Part shown: positions 53,309 through 61,356 of the stretch, piece by piece | Numbering within the stretch: the stretch's first letter is position 1 | Layout of the letters: the number at the start of each line of letters is the position of its first letter | Assembly (NCBI GenBank): GCA_963718515.1 | Contig: OY970354.1 | Coordinates: forward strand, 566,808-630,807 | Reading direction: 5' to 3' | Source of the DNA: an uncultured bacterium | GTDB taxonomy: Bacteria; Patescibacteriota; Minisyncoccia; UBA6257; 2-01-FULL-56-20 | Length of the DNA stretch: 64,000 nt | Translations under genes and position numbers: made by a program | Notes under the pieces: model-generated | What the model saw: the letters and a program-made list of their open reading frames with translations, nothing else | The model's database searches: none | What the model was told of the DNA's origin: nothing

Positions 53309-54748
53309 CTATCTGCGAGGATAACGGCTTGCGCCGGAGCTTGGCCGGCGTGAGCCGCCGCTAAAACCTCCCGGTTTGTGGAATGGTTTGCGTGCACCAC
53401 CGGAACTTGATCCACTGAACGACGGGCGCGGCGAAGTGCCATACGCTGGGCGAGGAGTATACGCCGGCTTACTCGTATTGAACGCGGGGCGATTGCCGTA
53501 CGATGGACGACGCGCGCCGGTACTGCCATAGGAAGACCTATTGCCACCCGATGAACCTGCGCCCTTGCTGAATCGATTTGGCACAAACGGTCCCCGTGGC
53601 ACGAACGCCTCTGCGCGCGCCGGCGGTAATTCCGGAGTTTTGGAAAGTGGCAAACGCGTGCGCATCAGGCGCTCGATGCCATAAACATCACTGCGCTGAT
53701 CGGGTGTGGCGAAGGAGATCGCATGGCCCGCTGCGCCGGCGCGCCCCGTGCGGCCGATGCGATGCACGTAATCCTCGGCATTATCCGGAAGGTCGTAGTT
53801 GATCACAAGCTCGATGCCTTTTACGTCGATGCCCCGCGCGGCGATGTCGGTTGCCACGAGGATGCGATATTTGCCGTTGCGGAACCCGTCGAGCGCTTCA
53901 CGGCGCTGGCCGAGCGAGCGGTTGGCGTGGAGCTCGGCTGCGGTGTGGCCGAGCGCGCGCACGGATGCGGCGATTTTTTTTGCGCCATGCTTGGTGCGCG
54001 AGAAGACGAGCACCGAGCCGCGATATTCGTACAATAATTTTTCGAGCAACCGCGATTTATCGGTTTTTGAAATAAAATAAAGTTCCTGGGTGATCTTTTC
54101 GATCGCGGTACCCGGCGGCGCGATCTCAATACGTAACGGCAACTTCATATACGACTGTGCGAGAGAGAGAATGCTTTGCGGCATGGTGGCGGAAAAGAGC
54201 ATGGTCTGGCGCTCGCGCGGAACACCCACCATGATGCGCTTTAACTGTGGCGCGAATCCCATATCAAGCATCCGATCGGCCTCATCAAGTATGAGCACGC
54301 TCGTTTTATTTAAATTTAATGTCTTCTGTTGCATGTGGTCCATAATACGGCCCGGTGTGCCGATGATAATCTGTGGGAGCCGGTGAATGGCCTGTACTTG
54401 CCGATAATTTGACTCACCGCCCACGAGAAGTGCGGTTCTGATGCCCAACGGCCCACCGACCTTATTGATCGTTTCCTGTACTTGTAGTGCCAATTCCCGC
54501 GTGGGAAGGATAATAAGCCCGTGTTTGCCTGCAAGCGCCGCCTGTATCAAAGGGATGCCAAAGGCCAACGTCTTGCCGGTGCCCGTCTGCGCGAGCCCCA
54601 TCACGTCTTTGCCTTCTATGCCCGGCGGAATAGATTTCTCCTGGATAGGCGTCGGCGTCTTGAACTGCAATTTTTCCAAAATGCCAAGAATGTTGGGCGC
54701 AATACCGAGCCCATAAAAACCTTGACTAGAACTTGAAGATGATTCCAT
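53309..54748 (-). CDS. DEAD-box ATP-dependent RNA helicase with an Arg/Gly/Ser/Pro-rich C-terminal tail
   Basis: AQTGTGKT, DEAD, SAT, HRIGRTGRAG. Start trimmed to MESSSSSSQGFYGLG. Confidence 0.95.
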   Translation of the reverse strand: MESSSSSSQGFYGLGIAPNILGILEKLQFKTPTPIQEKSIPPGIEGKDVMGLAQTGTGKTLAFGIPLIQAALAGKHGLIILPTRELALQVQETINKVGGPLGIRTALLVGGESNYRQVQAIHRLPQIIIGTPGRIMDHMQQKTLNLNKTSVLILDEADRMLDMGFAPQLKRIMVGVPRERQTMLFSATMPQSILSLAQSYMKLPLRIEIAPPGTAIEKITQELYFISKTDKSRLLEKLLYEYRGSVLVFSRTKHGAKKIAASVRALGHTAAELHANRSLGQRREALDGFRNGKYRILVATDIAARGIDVKGIELVINYDLPDNAEDYVHRIGRTGRAGAAGHAISFATPDQRSDVYGIERLMRTRLPLSKTPELPPARAEAFVPRGPFVPNRFSKGAGSSGGNRSSYGSTGARRPSYGNRPAFNTSKPAYTPRPAYGTSPRPSFSGSSSGGARKPFHKPGGFSGGSRRPSSGASRYPRR

Positions 54749-54784
54749 GTGCGCTAACCATACCACGGAAAGCCAATAATAGCT

Positions 54785-54828
54785 AATAAAACAGCAACCC
54801 TCCACTCGGGTCGAAGCGAGGGAGGGTT
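54785..54828 (-). terminator. rho-independent terminator (minus strand)
   Basis: AACCCTCCCTCG-cttcgacc-CGAGTGGAGGGTT (one bulge), followed by GCTGTTTTATT. Confidence 0.55.
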
Positions 54829-55004
54829 TGCCCTATTTATGCATGATGTAGTTTTTTCCTTTTTTAATTTCCCCCTAATGGGTCATATGTTATTTATGTG
54901 AGGTTATGGTTTAGGACCTTTGATGTGCTCGCCGGCTCCATGGCTCCGGTTCATCAATTACTACACTCACGCAATCGGTTTATTTCACGGACGACCATCG
55001 AACA

Positions 55005-55703
55005 TTAGTACGCACCATCCATCCTTTGAATACCGAACACTTCGATCGTTGCCGTCGCATAAGGATGTCCAAAAATGATGACATAATCCCCCACATTAAA
55101 GGCATTCTCCCCTGTGCCCGTATCAGAAGCAATAATAACGGTGGATGTCTCCCCATCAGCTTCCTGAATGATAAACCCGCCCGGAATCAGCTCAGCGATC
55201 TCGCCGCGGTAGATACCGCCCGGAGGCGGAGCCATCTCGAATTGATAGACCCCCTGAACGAATGGGAGATGATCCTCCGAGGCATAACGGAAAATTCCCT
55301 GATGGAATGACGTGGCGGCAAGAAGGAAGCTTCCTAACGAAACCACCACTATCAATATCAACAGCGAATAAAGAAATGGTTGATGATAGATGAACGCATA
55401 CCGCTTGAGGAGCAGGGCGAGGGTAAGGATGAGGGCGACGGAAAGGAAGAGCAAACTCCAAGGCAATGCATGCAGGAAAACGTACCATCCGGTGAAACCG
55501 TAATTGACGGCGAGCAACCCCCCGTCTTCCTTAAGCGCGAATAGCATAAAGCTCAGCAAGAACAGCACGAGTAAAAAGAGCACTACCGCGCCGATGATCG
55601 CGAGTACCGCGCGGATAATAAAATACCAGCGCGGGCGCATTTTGGTGTGATGGCTCTTTATTTGGTCTATGACGTTATTAACGTCCTTATCAGTAGTATC
55701 CAT
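55005..55703 (-). CDS. four-TM membrane protein with a C-terminal beta domain, co-transcribed with the ECF sigma factor (possible non-canonical anti-sigma)
   Basis: 6 nt downstream of the sigma gene. No HxxxCxxC anti-sigma motif was seen. Confidence 0.55.
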   Translation of the reverse strand: MDTTDKDVNNVIDQIKSHHTKMRPRWYFIIRAVLAIIGAVVLFLLVLFLLSFMLFALKEDGGLLAVNYGFTGWYVFLHALPWSLLFLSVALILTLALLLKRYAFIYHQPFLYSLLILIVVVSLGSFLLAATSFHQGIFRYASEDHLPFVQGVYQFEMAPPPGGIYRGEIAELIPGGFIIQEADGETSTVIIASDTGTGENAFNVGDYVIIFGHPYATATIEVFGIQRMDGAY

Positions 55704-55709
55704 GGTGTT

Positions 55710-56288
55710 CTAATCTTTTTTAACAACTTTTTTGAGCATCGCGCGCCCGCGCTGTAAACGCACCCCCACGGTGGACACGGGGATGTGTAAAATATCGGCG
55801 ATCTCGCGATAATCCATATCTTCAAAATAATACAATACAAGCGGCTCTTTGTATTTTTGTCCGATCGTGTTGAGAGACGCGTCAAGCATCTTCTTCATCT
55901 CATCCCTGCTCATGCTTTCGTCGGTGGTATCCTTCGCCGCGAGGTGGGGAAAAAGGACGTCGAAATCAAAAATGGAAATATTTTCCCGATCCTTCTGGCG
56001 CTTTTTTATGCCGTTCACAAACTCGTTATGCGCAATGCGGTAGACCCACGGCGAGAAGCGGCGGGATGCGTCGAAACTTTTGATATTCACGTAGGCCTTG
56101 ATAAAGACCTCCTGCACGAGGTCTTTGCCATCATCTCCCTCAAAAAAGAACCGCTTTGCGTAGCGGGTCATCTTTGGTTCATACCGCTCCACAAGCACCC
56201 GAAATGCTTCTATGTCGCCCTCCTGGACTTGCTTGGCGATATCCTCGTCGCTCCGCTCGGGTGTGGTCATAGTGGGAGTGCCTGTCAT
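55710..56288 (-). CDS. ECF-type RNA polymerase sigma-70 family factor
   Basis: Region 2: DLVQEVFIKAYVNI...WVYRIAHN. Region 4: YREIADILHIPVSTVGVRLQRGRAML. Confidence 0.9.
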   Translation of the reverse strand: MTGTPTMTTPERSDEDIAKQVQEGDIEAFRVLVERYEPKMTRYAKRFFFEGDDGKDLVQEVFIKAYVNIKSFDASRRFSPWVYRIAHNEFVNGIKKRQKDRENISIFDFDVLFPHLAAKDTTDESMSRDEMKKMLDASLNTIGQKYKEPLVLYYFEDMDYREIADILHIPVSTVGVRLQRGRAMLKKVVKKD

Positions 56289-56333
56289 CTTATTACAATA
56301 GTATTATCGATTTATTTCGGGACTGATAGTATC

Positions 56334-56780
56334 ATGAAGTATACTCCAATAATGGAAAAAACTCCGACCGCACCCACAGAACAGCAAAAAAAGGACTTGC
56401 GACGGATAAAATATGCCATTTTGATCATGCTGGTTATATGTGCCGTGCTGGCCATATATGTATATACGCAGGGATTGCCTCCTCCGGCGCATCTATACGA
56501 TGCACTGGCCAAATGTATAGCCCAAAGCAGTACCACATTCTACGGCGCGTTTTGGTGCCCTCATTGCGCCGCCCAAAAGACCAAGTTCGGCACAGGGGCG
56601 CAATATCTTCCCTACGTCGAATGCTCGCTCCCCAGCGGCTCCGGGCAAACGCAGGTGTGCATCGATAACAACATCACCCGATACCCGACGTGGGTGTTCA
56701 AGGATGGCTCGCGCCTGGTGGGCGTGCAAACGCCGCAGACGCTGGCAACCAAGACCGGATGCGCCTTGCCAACCGATTAA
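56334..56780 (+). CDS. membrane-anchored thioredoxin-fold protein (CPHC)
   Basis: Start trimmed to MKYTPIMEK. TM helix YAILIMLVICAVLAIYVY. FYGAFWCPHCAAQK. Confidence 0.75.
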   Translation: MKYTPIMEKTPTAPTEQQKKDLRRIKYAILIMLVICAVLAIYVYTQGLPPPAHLYDALAKCIAQSSTTFYGAFWCPHCAAQKTKFGTGAQYLPYVECSLPSGSGQTQVCIDNNITRYPTWVFKDGSRLVGVQTPQTLATKTGCALPTD

Positions 56781-56801
56781 TTTAATTTTAATCTCTACCC
56801 C

Positions 56802-57383
56802 ATGACTCCCCTCGTCCAAGCCGTCACCAATATTCTTTGCTTCTGCACCGTCGTTGCCGATGTGCTTATAGCATTTTTACTTGTCATCATCCTCACGCCA
56901 CTGAGCGAGCGCGGCTGGGGCAAAAAAATTGCCGCGTTCTTTGGCGACCACGCGATCGTATTCTCTTTTATCATCACCGCGGGTTCTGTCGTTGGCAGCC
57001 TGTTCTATTCCGAGTATGCGCACTTCGCACCCTGCGAACTCTGCTGGATAGAGCGCGGACTTATCTACCCGCAGGCGATCATTTTGCTCTTTGCGCTTGT
57101 GGCGCGCGGGAAAACGTTTGCCGGCAAGCTCGACACCTTTGCGCGGCGCGCGTGCCTCGTCCTCTCGGGCATCGACTTTCCAGTGAGCGCCTATCACACG
57201 TATATTCAGCTCGGCGGTGGCGACATCATCCCCTGCTCCGCAACGGGGCCAAGCTGTCAGTATGTGTATTTTATTCAGTACGGCTATGTGACCATTCCTT
57301 CAATGGCGCTCACCGCGGCGACGCTCATCTTATTGTTTATGCTTTTTAAGACGCCGGGCGTGAGCGACATAAAAGAAAAATAA
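56802..57383 (+). CDS. disulfide bond formation protein DsbB/BdbC family
   Basis: 4 TM segments. FAPCELCWIERGLIYPQ (CxxC) and a second Cys pair, CSATGPSC. Confidence 0.8.
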   Translation: MTPLVQAVTNILCFCTVVADVLIAFLLVIILTPLSERGWGKKIAAFFGDHAIVFSFIITAGSVVGSLFYSEYAHFAPCELCWIERGLIYPQAIILLFALVARGKTFAGKLDTFARRACLVLSGIDFPVSAYHTYIQLGGGDIIPCSATGPSCQYVYFIQYGYVTIPSMALTAATLILLFMLFKTPGVSDIKEK

Positions 57384-57426
57384 AGGGGCCATCGCCGTAT
57401 AGCGATGACCCCCCGTCTGCCGGATC

Positions 57427-57969
57427 CTATCGAAGGACCGGCGCCTCGACCGCACGCGGAAATTTCAATGGCCCGTCGGGGTTCTGGTTAACCTCCCGCG
57501 CCGCTTCTGCAAAAAAACGGCGGAAGTCCTCTACCGTATGGTGTGGACACATCTTTTCCGTGACGCAACTGCGAAGATAGGATCTCTGGATAACGGGCTT
57601 CAGGGATACTGCCTTCTCTCCCGGAATTCTAAGAATGTCGCCCTCCTCGAATTGGTACGCATCGATGGCCGGCATCGGCCCCTTCTCGTCGTAGGTAAAG
57701 ACGCGCGAAGTATGGTGAGGGTAATGGTCCCAGAAAAAAATGACCCTTTTTGTTTCACTCCCGTACGTCACGGGAATTGCCTTGTCGTCTTCCCAAGAGA
57801 AAATGTCCGCAAAGAGCCTGTCAAAGAAAAACTCTTCGCAGAGAAAGAACGCCGATCCATCGACGTCCACGACCTCGATCGTGTGAAAAAACAAAATTTC
57901 CCTATCCACAATCACCCCCTGATGTTGAATTGCTGCACGGATTCTACAAATAAAAAAGAAAAGCGTCAA
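57427..57969 (-). CDS. hypothetical protein downstream of the phosphoesterase gene
   Basis: 180-aa ORF starting 18 nt after the upstream stop. No family recognised. Confidence 0.4.
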   Translation of the reverse strand: MTLFFFICRIRAAIQHQGVIVDREILFFHTIEVVDVDGSAFFLCEEFFFDRLFADIFSWEDDKAIPVTYGSETKRVIFFWDHYPHHTSRVFTYDEKGPMPAIDAYQFEEGDILRIPGEKAVSLKPVIQRSYLRSCVTEKMCPHHTVEDFRRFFAEAAREVNQNPDGPLKFPRAVEAPVLR

Positions 57970-57987
57970 TTGACCGGACGGGATGCG

Positions 57988-59100
57988 CTACACGAACTTC
58001 ACGATCACGATCTCGGACTTTGTGCCGAGGCGAAGGGGCGGGCCCCATGTGCCGACGCCGCTCGAGGTATAGACCTGCAGGGCGCCGTGTGGTTTAAGTC
58101 CATAATCAAACCCTTTATAGATCTGCTTGGTAAAGAGCGAGAGCGGGAAAATCTGGCCCTGGTGCGTATGGCCAAAGAATCCGAGCGAGATGCCGGCGCT
58201 TTCCGCAACATCCAGGTCCTTCGGCTCGTGCTTTATAAGAATATTCGGCCGCGATCGGTCGATGCCGATCGTCCCCAGTATTTTTTTGAATGGGTCGGGT
58301 TTATTCGTCGCCTGGTAATCGACGCCGACAAAATCGATCCCGCCGATCGCCGTTTTTTCGTTGTTCAATATCCGGACGCCGACCGCGCGGATCGCGGCGA
58401 GCGCGCGCTCCACGCTCGGGAGATAGAACTCGTGATTGCCCGTCACGAAATAAACGCCGCCCGGGGGCTTGAGCGAGCGCAAAGGCTCTACCATGCGCGC
58501 TTCGTCGCACGCGGTGCCGTCAAAAAGATCTCCGCCGATGAAAACCGCTTCCGGTGCCGCCGCCTGAAGCTTTTTTACGATGCGAGCCAGAAATGCATCG
58601 TGTCGGACATTGCCAAGATGCACATCGCTCACAAAAGCGATTGTCTTGTCACTCCAAAACGCTCTATCAAATCCCGGCGTTTTTGAGAGCGGTATGGAAA
58701 TGTACACGACTTCCGCGCGCCAACTATTGAACGTGCCGTAGAGATGAATAAGGAAAAATATCCCGAATGCGATCGCACCAACGAGCGCGGGCGAAACGTA
58801 AACATTATTGTGATAGAAAATAAAAAGGGTGAAGTAGAACGCCACCGATCCCATAAAGAGGAAATGTACAAGTCCGAACCAATATGCCGAGAACGTGTAA
58901 TACCAGTCCAATAGTTTGGACCGGAAAAAATGGCTGAGGAATGAAGCGGAAATAAATGTGACGGCAAGGATAATGAACAACCATTCAAAGAATGGCCCGC
59001 TTATGCCAAACGCCGCGGCAAGCGTCGCATATACGGCAAGGTGGACGAAAATAAGTAATAGTTGGAACGCAATGAGACTTCCGATGACGGCGATGGGCAT
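57988..59100 (-). CDS. membrane-bound metallophosphoesterase (YkuE-like)
   Basis: 4-5 N-terminal TM segments. FVSDVHLG, GGDLFDG, TGNHE, GHTHQG. Confidence 0.85.
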   Translation of the reverse strand: MPIAVIGSLIAFQLLLIFVHLAVYATLAAAFGISGPFFEWLFIILAVTFISASFLSHFFRSKLLDWYYTFSAYWFGLVHFLFMGSVAFYFTLFIFYHNNVYVSPALVGAIAFGIFFLIHLYGTFNSWRAEVVYISIPLSKTPGFDRAFWSDKTIAFVSDVHLGNVRHDAFLARIVKKLQAAAPEAVFIGGDLFDGTACDEARMVEPLRSLKPPGGVYFVTGNHEFYLPSVERALAAIRAVGVRILNNEKTAIGGIDFVGVDYQATNKPDPFKKILGTIGIDRSRPNILIKHEPKDLDVAESAGISLGFFGHTHQGQIFPLSLFTKQIYKGFDYGLKPHGALQVYTSSGVGTWGPPLRLGTKSEIVIVKFV

Positions 59101-59117
59101 GGTGATAATACGATAGT

Positions 59118-60614
59118 TTATTCCGCGACCACGTGATGTCCCGTATTGATCGCCTCTTTGGGGACGTTGATGAGAAGCGCGGTGAACGATCCGAGGATCA
59201 CGATGATCGCGGCGACCTCGAACACCGTCGCATAGCCCGCCACCTGCGCCTTGAGCTCTATCAACCCGATGAACTCTTGCATGATCTGCGGATTGATGGA
59301 AGTGATGGTACTGTGGACGGCGGTCTTTAATACATTCGCATTGATGGAATTATTGAGAAGCGTGCTGAAGATGGCGACGCCGAACGCGCCGGAAATATTG
59401 CGCACGAGCGCGAGGATGGCGGATGCCTCCCCAATCTCATTTTGCGGGACGACGACCGCGACGATGTTCGTGCGCTGTGCCATACCGAAGCCGAGCGAGA
59501 AGGCCATCACGCACATGGGAATGATAATATCGAGCGCTGTCGAGCGTGGGTCGATATACGAGAGCAGGAATATCCCGATGCCGCAGAAGAATGTGCTCAG
59601 GAATATCACGTAGCTTGGCTTCACTTTCCCGATCAAGCGCCCGCCGATCGGAGCGGCGGCCATGAGGGATATGGCGAGGGGAATAAAAAGGTAACCGGTC
59701 TGCGTGGCGTCATATCCCAAAAATGTTTCCGCGAAGATCGGAATAAGGAATATCGAACCGATGAGCGCCATAAAGACAATAAAATTATTGAGGAGCGTGG
59801 TCGTATAGGCGCTGATCTTGAAGAACTTGAAGTCGACGATCGGTTCATCCTGTCGTGTCTCGATGATATAGAAAAGGATGCTGAATGCGATCGTGCCGAC
59901 ATAGCAAAGAATACTTGAGAGCGACGACCACCCCCACGTCTGCCCCTGGTCGAGCACGAGGGTGAGCGTAAAGAGGGCGGCGCCGAGCGTTGACGCGCCC
60001 CACCAGTCGAACTTTGCGCTTCGTTTTTCCCCCACCGATTCGTCAATGAAGGTGAGCGCGAGGAACAACCCTATGATGCCCAACGGGATATTAATGATGA
60101 ACACCGAGCGCCAGCTGAAATTATCAATGAGCGGACCTCCGATGAGCGGGCCAAAAACCGATGCTACCGCAAACGCCGCCGACCAGATGCCGAGCGCCTG
60201 TGCGCGTTCTTTCGCGTCGGTAAAGGTGATCGCAAGGATGGCCATAGCGGTCGGGTAGTCGGCGGATACCGCAAACCCCTGGATGATGCGAAATGCGATC
60301 ATTGAAGGAAGATTCCACGCAACGGCGCACAGTCCGGACGCAATGATGAACCCTATGAAGCCGATCAAATATATCTTTTTCCGCCCGGCGGTGTCTCCAA
60401 GTTTTCCCCACACCGGCACGAACACTGCATTCGCCAAAATATATGCCGTGGAGATCCACGCCGCATCGGTGACGGTGATGCCGAAATCCGTGATGATCTT
60501 TGGCAAAGCGAGATTAACCACCGTCTGGTCAAGACGTCCAAGGAACGTGCCGAAGATAACTGTGGCAAGCACTATCCACCGCAGATTATTTTTATTTCCT
60601 GTCGCTTCGGCCAC
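59118..60614 (-). CDS. MFS transporter, DHA2 (EmrB/QacA, 14-TMS) type
   Basis: WGKLGDTAGRKKIYLIG (motif A). About 14 hydrophobic segments. GTG start. Confidence 0.9.
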   Translation of the reverse strand: MAEATGNKNNLRWIVLATVIFGTFLGRLDQTVVNLALPKIITDFGITVTDAAWISTAYILANAVFVPVWGKLGDTAGRKKIYLIGFIGFIIASGLCAVAWNLPSMIAFRIIQGFAVSADYPTAMAILAITFTDAKERAQALGIWSAAFAVASVFGPLIGGPLIDNFSWRSVFIINIPLGIIGLFLALTFIDESVGEKRSAKFDWWGASTLGAALFTLTLVLDQGQTWGWSSLSSILCYVGTIAFSILFYIIETRQDEPIVDFKFFKISAYTTTLLNNFIVFMALIGSIFLIPIFAETFLGYDATQTGYLFIPLAISLMAAAPIGGRLIGKVKPSYVIFLSTFFCGIGIFLLSYIDPRSTALDIIIPMCVMAFSLGFGMAQRTNIVAVVVPQNEIGEASAILALVRNISGAFGVAIFSTLLNNSINANVLKTAVHSTITSINPQIMQEFIGLIELKAQVAGYATVFEVAAIIVILGSFTALLINVPKEAINTGHHVVAE

Positions 60615-60648
60615 AATAAAATATTTTTAATGATTTATTAACTTATAA

Positions 60649-60727
60649 AAATGAGGATGTCTTGTCTTTTTGCACACACACCGTCCTCGGTGGCATTGGT
60701 GTGCAAAAAGACAAGCCATCCTCATTT
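60649..60727 (-). terminator. 79-nt near-perfect hairpin (29-position stem) inside the efflux operon
   Basis: 60649-60677 pairs with 60699-60727 (28 pairs, 1 mismatch at 60660/60716). An inner 5-bp stem sits at 60679-83/60688-92. On the minus strand it is followed by TTTTTATAAGTT. Confidence 0.6.
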
Positions 60728-60728
60728 C

Positions 60729-61352
60729 TTACTGCTTGTAGACCCAGATGCGCGCCGACATGCCATTTTTCAATTGAGGATATTGCGAGGGATCGAAACG
60801 CACGTAGATGGCAAATTCGTTTGTTGGCCGTTGGTCGGAGATGTTGAACACCACATCGCTCTCTTCTGACGTAGGGCTCACCTCGTCAATAACGCCCTTG
60901 AAGGTCATGCCGCCAAATGCATCAACGGTGAAGGTTGCCGGATCGCCGACCTGGATTTCGGACAATCCCTTATTTTCATCAAGATTTCCTACCACACGGA
61001 GCTGTGTCGGATCGATCATGGTCGCCACCGTGCCGTTGCCGGTCAGCGTGTTCACATACTCACCGATATTATTGTCCACGGAAACGATCTCGCCGGCGGT
61101 CGTCGCTTTGACCACTTCGTCTCCCACGAGTGCCACCGGCTCGTCTGCCGTCACCGTATCTCCCGCATTCACATAGATCGCTTGGAGTATGCCGGAATTG
61201 ACCGGCGAAAGGTCGATGAGCGGCGCAGTAATTACCGAGTCATCGATGTAGATCGTCTTTGAGGAAACGTAGTAAAAAATTCCCCCGCCCACTCCGGCCA
61301 CGATGACGAATGCGACAATGACCCACGTAATGATCTTTTTTCGGTTGTTCAT
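60729..61352 (-). CDS. HlyD/EmrA-family periplasmic adaptor-like protein, short form (no alpha-hairpin)
   Basis: N-terminal anchor. Lipoyl-like ...ITAPLIDLSPVNSGILQAIYVNAGDTV... Beta-barrel domain. 207 aa. Confidence 0.75.
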   Translation of the reverse strand: MNNRKKIITWVIVAFVIVAGVGGGIFYYVSSKTIYIDDSVITAPLIDLSPVNSGILQAIYVNAGDTVTADEPVALVGDEVVKATTAGEIVSVDNNIGEYVNTLTGNGTVATMIDPTQLRVVGNLDENKGLSEIQVGDPATFTVDAFGGMTFKGVIDEVSPTSEESDVVFNISDQRPTNEFAIYVRFDPSQYPQLKNGMSARIWVYKQ

Positions 61353-61356
61353 ATTC

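Noticed and set aside
57538-58686. 382-aa plus-strand ORF.
   Set aside because: It is antisense to the metallophosphoesterase, which has all four catalytic motifs. Its composition is Arg-rich and not protein-like.
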